Shown in pieces: positions 8,508 to 16,930 of a stretch of 64,000 nt of DNA. The DNA comes from Alphaproteobacteria bacterium (GTDB lineage: Bacteria; Pseudomonadota; Alphaproteobacteria; Caulobacterales; Maricaulaceae), in assembly GCA_030428405.1 (NCBI GenBank), contig JAUIEH010000001.1:5082-69081 (forward strand). Reading direction: 5' to 3'. The position numbers were made by a program, and so were the translations under genes. Under the pieces are notes generated by a model that was not told where the DNA came from, ran no database searches, and was given only the letters and a program-made list of their open reading frames with translations. Each line of letters begins with the position of its first letter. The first letter of the stretch is position 1.

Positions 8508-9737
8508 TCATGGGCGCAGCTGCGGGCCTTCGGCTTCTACGCCCAGAAGGGCACGAATGGCGTTCGAAACGGCGAGCCCCATTAAGGGCGGCACGGCGTT
8601 GCCGACCTGCTTCAGCTGCTGAAGCTCACTACCATAGAACACGAAGCCGTCGTGGAACGACTGCAAGCGCGCCGCTTCGCGTACAGTAATCCACCGATCG
8701 AACCTGGGATGAATCCACTCCGAGAGATCACGGTGCATCTGCGCGAGGATCGTATATGACGGCCTGTCCGGATCGAGCCGCCGCCACTTGTGCGCCCGAC
8801 TTCCGTTCCAGAGATGCGATGGCAGGGAATCTCCCCTCTCGCCCGGCTTGATGGCTTCGACGATTCGCTTCCGACGCTGCTCGATCCCCTTTGTGTGGTG
8901 ATTGTGAAGAAGCCTGCTTCCGTTGAGCTGCGCGCATTTCGATCTGATGCTCAGAAGATATGTTTCGCAGTCGAGCCGCATGAGGCGCTGATATTCGGAA
9001 CATCTGTCTTTCCGGCGTTTCGGGTACGGGAGGGGCCCATCATCTTCAGAAACTGATGAAGGAAGGTCCGAGATGGCTTCGCGGACCGTGACTGGCCGCC
9101 AGCATTTCTGCTCGGTCATCAGGTCGCGGCAAGCATCTTCGAGGCTTGCCTCAAGAGGCAGCCCATCGCGAAGGCCAATGAAAAACACGCGGCGCCGGTC
9201 CTGAGGCACGCCAAAGTCGGAAGCAAGTAGCGCAACGATCGCTGTGCGGAGATATCCCGCCTTTTGAAAGACCTCCAAAATCTGATCCCGATAGTGGCCA
9301 TTGCGCATGGCCACCATGTTGGGGACGTTTTCCATGATGAATGCTTTGGGCGCTAGCGCTTCGACGACGCGAGCGAACTCTCGGTACAGGAGGTTTCTCG
9401 GGTCTCGCAGGTCACGCGGGCCGATCTGGCTGAAACCCTGGCAGGGAGGGCCGCCATAGATCAGATCAATGTCCTCGGCAGCCAGCTCGCCTAGAGTTGG
9501 AATTTCGGGCCTGTCCTCTTTCAGAAAGCTGCGGATATCGCCACAGAAGAGCGGAACATCCGGAAAATTGGCTGAGAACGTCCGGCATGCATGTGGATCG
9601 GCTTCAACCGCGCACTTCATCTCGTAGCCCGCTAGCCTGACACCAGAGCAAAATCCACCAGCCCCGCTGAACAGCGAAACGGCGGTTAAGCTCTCAAGCT
9701 CGTTATCGTCGGCGGCGCTGGCCTTTGCTTCCATCAT
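8508..9737 (-). CDS. DNA (cytosine-5)-methyltransferase (Dcm family); DruM-like first gene of the operon
   Basis: Canonical C5-MTase motifs are present in order: I LFSGAGGF, IV GGPPCQGFS, VI IMENVPNM, VIII QDRRRVFF, X GNAVPP. Confidence 0.92.
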   Translation of the reverse strand: MMEAKASAADDNELESLTAVSLFSGAGGFCSGVRLAGYEMKCAVEADPHACRTFSANFPDVPLFCGDIRSFLKEDRPEIPTLGELAAEDIDLIYGGPPCQGFSQIGPRDLRDPRNLLYREFARVVEALAPKAFIMENVPNMVAMRNGHYRDQILEVFQKAGYLRTAIVALLASDFGVPQDRRRVFFIGLRDGLPLEASLEDACRDLMTEQKCWRPVTVREAISDLPSSVSEDDGPLPYPKRRKDRCSEYQRLMRLDCETYLLSIRSKCAQLNGSRLLHNHHTKGIEQRRKRIVEAIKPGERGDSLPSHLWNGSRAHKWRRLDPDRPSYTILAQMHRDLSEWIHPRFDRWITVREAARLQSFHDGFVFYGSELQQLKQVGNAVPPLMGLAVSNAIRALLGVEAEGPQLRP

Positions 9738-10370
9738 TTTCTTCAGGACTCAGAGTTCTCTAGTGTCTGACGGCGAAGTATTCTGGATGGCGATGCCGTC
9801 CGCGTTCTTCGACAGAGCGGCGTTGCCTTTTGGGAAGCGCTTCCCCGGCAAGTTCTGTGTGAGCGTCAATCAACATCGCCATGTCGATACACCTCCATGG
9901 ATGGGACCATCCGCCTCGATGGACGGTCTCGGCCAATTTCTAACCCAAGCTGATTCTCGGGACGTTCGGCGACTAAGCCAAGTCCGTCAGTCAAACTAGG
10001 CCGAGTTGAGCGGGGCTCGTCCTGGGTTTCCGGTTTGGTACTTTGGGGACGGAGTCCCACTCAGGATCTCCCTCCCAGCGTCAATGCTCCGCCGAATTCC
10101 GGCCAGCGCTTTTTCGTGTTGGGCGATGCGGCGCTCACGCCGGTCACAGCATGCGACGCTTAGCTAGAGCAGGTTGTGGCGGTCTCAAGCATCCGCAAGC
10201 GTCCCCCTCTCTCAACCGCGCATCCTGGCGCGGCCGCAGCGCTGGTGAGCGAAACCCGTTCGGGTGCTCCGCTTCGCTGCGCCCTGACGGTTCGCTCGTG
10301 CAGCGGCCGCGCCCCAGCCTGCGCCGTTCGCGAGGGGATCGGCCCCGCGCGCCAGCTTGAGGAACCCACG

Positions 10371-10697
10371 ATGGCCACGCTTGGATACGTCACCCGCCAG
10401 CCCGACGGCTCGTTCACCGGCGCTCTGCGCACGCTCTCAATTCGGGCCCGCCTCGACATTCTGCCCAATGACGGCAAGGTCGCCGACGGACATCCGGACT
10501 ACCGCGTCTACGCCGAAGACGGCGTCGAGATCGGCGCCGGCTGGAACCGGCGCTCGAAAGCCTCGGGCAACGACTACGTCTCCCTTAGCCTCGCCGCTCC
10601 CGAATTCGGGCCGCGTCCGATCTACGCCAATCTCGGCCACACGGCCGGCTCGGACGATCCGGACGCGTTCACCCTGATTTGGAATCCGGCGAGCTGA
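10371..10697 (+). CDS. DUF736 domain protein (ICE-associated)
   Basis: MATLGYVTRQPDGSFTGALRTLSIRARLDILPN...DYVSLSLAAPEFGP is the typical DUF736 pattern. I prefer ATG 10371, which has GAGGAA 7 nt upstream, over the long upstream extension of track ORF 10176..10697. Confidence 0.85.
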   Translation: MATLGYVTRQPDGSFTGALRTLSIRARLDILPNDGKVADGHPDYRVYAEDGVEIGAGWNRRSKASGNDYVSLSLAAPEFGPRPIYANLGHTAGSDDPDAFTLIWNPAS

Positions 10698-10711
10698 CGG
10701 CTCGCGCTTGG

Positions 10712-10740
10712 AGCCTCCGCGGATGCCGCGGAGGCTTCTT
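10712..10740 (+). terminator. Intrinsic-terminator-like hairpin after the DUF736 gene
   Basis: Perfect 11-bp stem AGCCTCCGCGG / CCGCGGAGGCT with a 3-nt loop (ATG), followed by TCTT. It starts 15 nt after the stop codon. Confidence 0.55.
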
Positions 10741-10841
10741 GACGCGGCTACTCACCGTCGTTGAACGGCTAGCACGGTATTTGCAACCTATCCGGTTAAG
10801 TCGCGGGTTGGCTCGCGCCGCCCGCATTGCAGGGGGCTGCA

Positions 10842-11699
10842 ATGATGACTGACCGAAGCGAGCAGGGGCCCTGGCGTCCAAATCCGGACGCCTACGCCTA
10901 CACTCGGATGCTCTCGACCTCCGGCTGGGCGTGGGAGTTCTTGCGCCGCAATTCCCAGTTCCGCCGCGAGGCACTGAAGCACCGACGGCGCGATCGGCCG
11001 GAGCGCCGAAACACTATCATCCCGTGTCCCCAAGACGACGGCACAATGTGGTTGATCGGCTTGCAGAGGGTCAACGTCGCCGAGCGCTGGGGCCTCGAAC
11101 TCTTCCCTGATCCCGACAAAAACGGGCTCGAGACGACGCCGTTCTGGCTTCCTGACGTCATAGGTGGCGACATCGAAGCGCTCATGGAGCCGCCGGCTCG
11201 CATAGGCTGCGACCTCTTCTCGATCTCGAGCGTGCCGAAGCGCAAAACCGTGCTGATCCGGCTCGGCGAGCGCGTTCGCATGACTGTGGACGGCTCCGGC
11301 TTCAATGAGACGATAGGCTGCGCGGCGCCGTCGGCGCCGCCGAGCGGCGAGATACTCGTTGCGTTGACGGTCGGCGGCGAGCGCAAATTCCGCACTCATG
11401 TAGACCGCCTTGGCGCGTTCCTCGACTACTGCCAAGCATCCGCGCCGGGCGCGCCGCGCATGGCCGAGAACGCCTCGCGGAGATTGAGGGAGATCCTGAT
11501 CGCCCTCGACGGGCGGCGTTCCGGGCGCTCCTATCGCGAAATCGCCTGCGCGTTCTACGAGCCCGATCAGGTCAAGGACGACTGGGCGACGAACGCTGCG
11601 ATGAAGCAGAGAATTCGCCGCCTTGTCCTTCGCGGCGACAGCCTCATGCGGAGCTGCTACAGGAGGCTGGTTGCGCCGCGCGCGGCGGCAGCTTCCTGA
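10842..11699 (+). CDS. DUF6499 plus DUF2285 domain transcriptional regulator (FseA-like ICE activator family)
   Basis: The N-terminal motif SGWAWEFLRRNSQFRRE and the C-terminal RRLREILIALDGRRSGRSYREIACAFYE (HTH-like) are characteristic of this family. I prefer ATG 10842, which has AGGGGG 5 nt upstream; the track ORF starts at TTG 10827. Confidence 0.8.
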   Translation: MMTDRSEQGPWRPNPDAYAYTRMLSTSGWAWEFLRRNSQFRREALKHRRRDRPERRNTIIPCPQDDGTMWLIGLQRVNVAERWGLELFPDPDKNGLETTPFWLPDVIGGDIEALMEPPARIGCDLFSISSVPKRKTVLIRLGERVRMTVDGSGFNETIGCAAPSAPPSGEILVALTVGGERKFRTHVDRLGAFLDYCQASAPGAPRMAENASRRLREILIALDGRRSGRSYREIACAFYEPDQVKDDWATNAAMKQRIRRLVLRGDSLMRSCYRRLVAPRAAAAS

Positions 11700-11723
11700 A
11701 CAGCCAGCTAAGGAAATGGACGT

Positions 11724-12239
11724 TCAAGGCGACCTCGCGCCATCACCGGTCAGCAGGTCCTCGAGGAAGAAAGCGGACAACTCGTTTCTTCCGGACAATC
11801 CCGCCTTGCGATAGAGCGCGCGGGCCTGCTCCCTCGCCGTCCGTTCGCTGGTCTGGCGAACATCTGCGATTTCGCGATGACTAAGTCCCTTCAGGAGGAG
11901 AAGGCCGATCTCGGCTTCCGCCGCGCTCAACCGCCAAGCATCGAACTGTTTCTGAATTGCGGAGCTTAGGCCGCGGACGATCTCTTGATTTTCCCGCCGC
12001 CAGCGCGCCGCATCTTCGCGCGCGGCGGCTAAGTCGCCGCTTACGCGGCTGACCGTGCGAAGCATCAGCACGACCCCAATCGCAGCGCCGATAAGCACAG
12101 TGCCTTCGATCGCCAGATGGACGATGCCCGCGCCTTCTTGGCGATCGATGACAAGATCGGCCGCGATCAAGATGGCGATCGCGCCAAACAGAAACGCCGA
12201 GGCCAGCCTGAGCCGCCGCTCCCTTACGTCATCCGACAT
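11724..12239 (-). CDS. Membrane-anchored LuxR-family helix-turn-helix regulator (two predicted TM helices, no receiver domain)
   Basis: The C-terminus LSAAEAEIGLLLLKGLSHREIADVRQTSERTAREQARALYRKAGLSGRNELSAFFLEDLL is a LuxR/GerE HTH. The N-terminus has two hydrophobic helices. ATG 12239 is preceded by AGGAGG. Confidence 0.8.
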   Translation of the reverse strand: MSDDVRERRLRLASAFLFGAIAILIAADLVIDRQEGAGIVHLAIEGTVLIGAAIGVVLMLRTVSRVSGDLAAAREDAARWRRENQEIVRGLSSAIQKQFDAWRLSAAEAEIGLLLLKGLSHREIADVRQTSERTAREQARALYRKAGLSGRNELSAFFLEDLLTGDGARSP

Positions 12240-12350
12240 AACGCCTCCTGATCGCACTTATTCGTCGGCGATCTGTCACACGACTAATAGCGCCCGCCGC
12301 ATACGCGCGACATGTCTAGTCGACGAAAAGAGCAGCGGAGCCGCAGCGAG

Positions 12351-13034
12351 ATGGCAACAGAGAAAGATGACGCGGTCGTTCGTGTCTGGGACCCGATAGT
12401 TCGGATCGGACACTGGGTTATCGTGGTCGGCTTCTTCACCGCCTATCTGACCGGCGACGAGTTTTTGTCGGTCCACGTCTGGGCGGGATATGCCGTGTCT
12501 GCGACAGTCGCTGTTCGCATCGTTTGGGGATTTGTCGGCCCGCGACACGCGCGATTTGCGAGCTTCGTTCGCGGCCCCGCCGCCACCTGGAGGCACATCT
12601 CCGGCTTGATCTCCGGCCGCGCCGAACGCCATCTCGGGCACAACCCGGCGGGCGCGGCCATGATCCTCGCCCTGCTGGTCGCACTTTCCGGAACGATCGT
12701 CTCCGGTTTGGCTCTCTATGCTGTCGAAGAAGGCAAGGGGCCGTTCGCGGTCGTGATGGCCGCCGCCAGCTCTGATTCCGAGCTCTCACGTGGGCTGGCG
12801 ATGTATCACTCAGACAGCCACGAGCGCGAGGAAGACGGCGAATACGATCGCGATCACGGTGAGCACGAATTCGAAGAGGCTGAAGAACTCCTCGAGGAGG
12901 CTCACTCGGCCTTCACCTACGTGACCTTGATCCTGATCGGACTGCACATTCTTGGCGTTGTCGCCTCAAGCCTCGCCCACCGCGAGAACCTCGTTCGCGC
13001 CATGGTGACCGGCGTCAAGCGAGCGGGAAAATAG
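12351..13034 (+). CDS. Cytochrome b561 / Ni-Fe-hydrogenase b-type cytochrome family membrane protein with an acidic, His-rich insert
   Basis: VRVWDPIVRIGHWVIVVGFFTAYLTGDE...HVWAGYAV...HLGHNPAGAAMILALL is the typical four-helix dihaem cytochrome b pattern. The insert is HSDSHEREEDGEYDRDHGEHEFEEAEELLEEAH. An alternative upstream start lies at 12312. Confidence 0.7.
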   Translation: MATEKDDAVVRVWDPIVRIGHWVIVVGFFTAYLTGDEFLSVHVWAGYAVSATVAVRIVWGFVGPRHARFASFVRGPAATWRHISGLISGRAERHLGHNPAGAAMILALLVALSGTIVSGLALYAVEEGKGPFAVVMAAASSDSELSRGLAMYHSDSHEREEDGEYDRDHGEHEFEEAEELLEEAHSAFTYVTLILIGLHILGVVASSLAHRENLVRAMVTGVKRAGK

Positions 13035-13338
13035 TCGCTCGCGCCTGCCTTGCGCGTGAGGCATGGGCGCCGTCGTGGCGCCGCGTTCCTGCTCAACGCA
13101 GCGCCCATGGTCCGCAATGCGTTGGCTAGAAGTCTTGAATCCAATTTGAGTCGAAGCCGTCATGGCCGAACGTCGCGCGAGGACCCAGGCGGCCATTTTC
13201 GACGATCTCCGGCCACTTGCGCGTGTCTTTCGGCAGGGGTGTCGACTGCGCTCAACCTGAAAACGTCACTCCTCAACATCCCAACCGCCGCTCATCCTCA
13301 CGCACCTGAACGCCACAAACAGTGCGGGGGCACAGCCG

Positions 13339-13545
13339 ATGAACGTCAATCATACCTCAGAGAATTCGAGCCCATTTTTCAACACGGCCGAGGCCGCCGT
13401 CTATCTACGCATGCGTAAGCGCACGCTCGAGAACATGCGCTGGCGCGGCGAGGGGCCGGACTTCCGCAAGCATGGTAAATGGATCTGCTACCACGTCGAC
13501 GACCTCGAAAAATGGTCGCGGGCGCGCGCGAGAAACGCGCGATGA
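13339..13545 (+). CDS. Excisionase-family / MerR-like helix-turn-helix DNA-binding protein
   Basis: FFNTAEAAVYLRMRKRTLENMRWRGEGPDFRKHGKWICYHVDDLEKW is the typical excisionase-type HTH. Its stop overlaps the next start (ATGA at 13542-13545). Confidence 0.8.
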   Translation: MNVNHTSENSSPFFNTAEAAVYLRMRKRTLENMRWRGEGPDFRKHGKWICYHVDDLEKWSRARARNAR

Positions 13546-14015
13546 GCGAGGCGCTACCGCTCACCGAGGTGACGCTACGGACCGAAGCGAAGGTCCGCCG
13601 CGAGCGCCTGCGCTTCGGCGCGCCCGTCCGTCGTCAAGCAATTTCGAAGCGCCAGCAGCTTGCCTGGTTGGCGCCAGACGCCACGTTCGCCCTCGTTCGC
13701 TGGAGGCGAAACGCCTACGGCACGGTGTCCTGGCGCTTGTTCATCGCGCAGGCCGGGCGGCCAGGCGAGGCGCTCGTCGCCATCCCCGGCGTACGCCCGG
13801 GCGCGCATGCGCTCGCGGTTCTACAGGGCGCTGTGCGCGTGCGCCGTGGCCTGCTGGCTCTGGGGGAACTAGAGCGCGCCGGCGTCAATCTGCTCGACAT
13901 TTCGCCCGCCTTTTGGCGGCGTTTTCAGGAGCGCGTCTTTCAAAAGAAGCCGCTCATTCTACCGTCGCCAAGCCAGGTCGCCTTTGGCTATGCGCGACGA
14001 AAGGCGCTGTCGTGA
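13542..14015 (+). CDS. DUF2840 domain protein (ICE backbone)
   Basis: Sequence is MSEALPLTEVTLRTEAKVRRERLRFG...WLAPDATFALVRWRRNAYGTVSWRLFI. Position immediately upstream of traF is as in related ICEs. It has an ATGA overlap upstream and a GTGA overlap downstream. Confidence 0.7.
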   Translation: MSEALPLTEVTLRTEAKVRRERLRFGAPVRRQAISKRQQLAWLAPDATFALVRWRRNAYGTVSWRLFIAQAGRPGEALVAIPGVRPGAHALAVLQGAVRVRRGLLALGELERAGVNLLDISPAFWRRFQERVFQKKPLILPSPSQVAFGYARRKALS

Positions 14016-14539
14016 AGCGCAAATCCCAACGGATTTCCGCTCTGATCGCGGTCGGATTCGTGCTGATCGCCGCCGCGTCCGCGATCGAACGGCGGCCCGT
14101 TCTTCTCTATAATCCGAGCCCGAGCGCGCCGCGCGGGCTCTATGTCGTGCGCCCATCTGCGACAGCGGAACGCGGCGATCTCGTCGCCGCGCGGCTGCCC
14201 GAATGGGCCCGCGAACTAGCGTCCGAGCGAGGCTACTTGCCCTCCGGACTACCCGTCATCAAGACGGTTTGGGCCGTCGCCGGCGACCGCGTTTGCGCCG
14301 AGAACGGAAGCCTGCGCGTCGCTGGCCGACCGGCCCTTATCGCCCTCGAATCCGATCGCGCGGGACGCACGATGCCGCGTTGGAGCGAGTGCCGGACGCT
14401 CCAGAACGGCGAGGTTTTCCTCGCATCTACCCAAGTCGATGAGTCCTTCGACGGGCGCTACTTCGGGCCCGTCTCCGCAACCAACATACTTGGACGCGCC
14501 GTGCGCGTCTGGCCGCGCGAAGGGACGCAGCGCCCGTGA
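14012..14539 (+). CDS. traF: Conjugative-transfer signal peptidase TraF (S26 family)
   Basis: This is the C-terminal 175 aa of track ORF 13472..14539: N-terminal TM helix, then NPSPSAPRGLYVV...GDLV...SFDGRYFGP, an S26 peptidase pattern. Start is GTG 14012, overlapping the DUF2840 stop. Confidence 0.8.
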   Translation: MKRKSQRISALIAVGFVLIAAASAIERRPVLLYNPSPSAPRGLYVVRPSATAERGDLVAARLPEWARELASERGYLPSGLPVIKTVWAVAGDRVCAENGSLRVAGRPALIALESDRAGRTMPRWSECRTLQNGEVFLASTQVDESFDGRYFGPVSATNILGRAVRVWPREGTQRP

Positions 14540-14775
14540 GGCGGTGCGGACGAACGGCGCGGGGGGAAGGGGTGGGGGCTTTAGGCAAGATAAAAGGAGG
14601 CGGCGCCAAAGCGCGCCTCGCCCCTTGTCTGCACATCGAATCCGGCGGCGCCGGAACTTTTCTCGAACGATGTCGCGCTTTCGCGCAAGCGTTTGATATC
14701 GCGCGCGAATTCGTGGCGCCGCTTTCACGTATTCCAACGATTTCAGACGGTTAGCCCCCTGAGCCCCCGCGCCCA

Positions 14776-16707
14776 ATGAGCGATAACGACTACAACGAGT
14801 TCCGCCCGCGCGTCGGCCGCATCCGCAGCCTCGGCGACGGCCGCGCTCGGACGTATCTATCGCGCGTCGCGAAGGCCGTGAGCCGCGCGGGCGGCGGGCC
14901 GCGCCTGTCTGCCGCCTACGCCGCCGGCAGCGGCTTGCCTGCACGCAGCTGGAAGGTCTCTCGCCGCGCGATCGTGAAGGCGCGTGTCGTCAGGCTCACG
15001 CCGACCGGTCTCGCGCGCCAGGCTGCGCACCTCGCCTACATTCAGCGCGACGGGGTGAGCCGCGCGGCGGGCCCTGCGCACCTCTACAATGGCGGCTCGG
15101 ACGAGGCCGACGGCGAGGCTTTCGCCGAACGCTCCCGCGGCGACCGCCATCAGTTCCGCTTCATCATCTCGCCCGAGGACACGCGCGAACTCGGCGAACT
15201 CAAGCCCTTCGTGCGTGATCTCATGAAAGAGATGAGCCGCGATCTCGGCACAGAACTCGATTGGGTGGCGGCGGATCATTTCGATACAGACCATCCCCAT
15301 ACGCATGTCGTGCTGCGCGGCAAGGAGCAGTACGGGAACGATCTCGTCATTCCGCGCGCCTACATGTCCCACGGCTTCCGCCGCCGCGCCTGTGAGGCGC
15401 TCACGCGCGAGCTCGGGCCCGAGACGGCGGTCGAGGCCTACGAGAAGCTCGTCAGCGAGGTGAAGAAGGACCGGCTCACGCGCATCGACCGGCGCTTGCT
15501 GGCGGCGGCGCGCGATCACGTCGTGACGCTCGATGTGCGCCACGGCGACGGCCCGCTCTTAGCCTCGCGCCTCAGGCATCTGGAGGACAAGGGTCTCGCC
15601 GCGCGCGCGGGCGAGGGCTGGCGGCTCGCGCCGGAACTCGAAGCGACGCTGCGGCGCATGGGCGAGCGCGGCGACATCATCAAGACGCTGCACCGGTGCC
15701 TGCATGAGCGTGGACTCGCGCGTCCGCTTGCGCCCGACGCCGTGTGGGACGGACGCCGGCCCGAGGCGCGCGTCTTCGCCGGCCGGCTCGTCGCGCTCGG
15801 GATCGCAGACGAACTCACCGACCGCGCCTATGCGATCGTCGACGGCTTCGACGGCAAGGCGCGCCATGTCGATCTGGGTCTCGAGCCGCCTAGCAGCACG
15901 ATCAGCGAGGGCGCCCTCGTCGAGGTTCGCCCCAATGCGCCCAAGGGGCTGCGCAAGGGCGACCTGACGATCGCCCAGATCGCGGAGCGCTCGGGCGGGC
16001 TCTACAGCGAGGAGCGCCACCGCGCCTTCGATCCGGCCGCGCGCGCCGAGTTCATCCGCGCCCATGTGCGCCGGCTGGAGGCGCTGCGCCGGGCGCGGCT
16101 CGTCAAGTGTGGGCCCGAGGGCGACTGGACCATTCCGGCGGACTACGCCGAGACCGCCGCAAACTACGATCGCGCGCAGGCGGCGCGCGCGCCGGCGCGG
16201 CTGGCGCTAATCACGGACATGTCCTTGTCAGCGCAGGTCGCCGTCCACGACGCCACCTGGCTCGACCGCCGCCTCGCCGGCGAGGGCGAACGCGGCCTGG
16301 CCGAGATCGGGCTCGGCCGCGAGGCGCGTGAGGCGCTGACGCTGAGGCGGCGTTGGCTCGTGCGCGAAGGGCTCCTCGCCGACGACGCGCAAGGCCGCAA
16401 GCTGCCGCAGGAGAGCCTGGCGGAGCTGCGCCGGCGCGGGCTCGAGCGTATCGGCGCGTCACTGTCGCGCGATCTCGGACTGCCCTATGCGCCCGCGCAG
16501 GACGGCGAGCGCATCGACGGGACCTATGTGCGCGCGGAGATGTCGGGCAAGGGCAAGGTCGCCGTCATCACCCGCGCGCGCGACTTCACGCTCGTTCCCT
16601 GGCGAGAGGTGCTCGACCGCAATCTCGGCAAGCGCGTGTCGGGCGTTGTGCGCGGGGACGCGATCTCGTGGGATCTGACGCGGAAACGGGGGATAGGGCC
16701 GACGTGA
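14776..16707 (+). CDS. Relaxase/mobilisation nuclease with DUF3363 domain (VirD2-like, RlxS-type ICE relaxase)
   Basis: His-triad region DHFDTDHPHTHVVLRG. N-terminus EFRPRVGRIRS...AHLAYIQRDGV is typical of this relaxase family. Size is 643 aa. Confidence 0.88.
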   Translation: MSDNDYNEFRPRVGRIRSLGDGRARTYLSRVAKAVSRAGGGPRLSAAYAAGSGLPARSWKVSRRAIVKARVVRLTPTGLARQAAHLAYIQRDGVSRAAGPAHLYNGGSDEADGEAFAERSRGDRHQFRFIISPEDTRELGELKPFVRDLMKEMSRDLGTELDWVAADHFDTDHPHTHVVLRGKEQYGNDLVIPRAYMSHGFRRRACEALTRELGPETAVEAYEKLVSEVKKDRLTRIDRRLLAAARDHVVTLDVRHGDGPLLASRLRHLEDKGLAARAGEGWRLAPELEATLRRMGERGDIIKTLHRCLHERGLARPLAPDAVWDGRRPEARVFAGRLVALGIADELTDRAYAIVDGFDGKARHVDLGLEPPSSTISEGALVEVRPNAPKGLRKGDLTIAQIAERSGGLYSEERHRAFDPAARAEFIRAHVRRLEALRRARLVKCGPEGDWTIPADYAETAANYDRAQAARAPARLALITDMSLSAQVAVHDATWLDRRLAGEGERGLAEIGLGREAREALTLRRRWLVREGLLADDAQGRKLPQESLAELRRRGLERIGASLSRDLGLPYAPAQDGERIDGTYVRAEMSGKGKVAVITRARDFTLVPWREVLDRNLGKRVSGVVRGDAISWDLTRKRGIGPT

Positions 16708-16930
16708 CTGCATGCTTCTCTACAGCGATCGCGCCGAGTCTGGCGGCAGAGCTTCGGGAGCAGGCTTAGATTTCCAAATATGCCGTACAGACTCCGTCAC
16801 AACCGAATCACCAATATCCTACGACGTCACATTCTGCGGCAATTGCTGCGCCAGCCTGCCTGTGGCGAGGCACGGTGCGGACGCAGCCAAACTCAGTTAG
16901 GCAAGTGAGAGAAACGCATCACACAGAACA

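Noticed and set aside
1-9737. Alternative classification of the defence operon as DISARM class 2 (DrmMII + DrmE + DrmA + DrmB)
   Set aside because: In DISARM, as I recall it, the helicase (DrmA) and the DUF1998 protein (DrmB) are separate genes, and a PLD-type DrmC is often present. Here the helicase and DUF1998 are one polypeptide of more than 1860 aa, and the gene order is methylase first and helicase last, which fits Druantia II better. This is not fully excluded without HMM scores.
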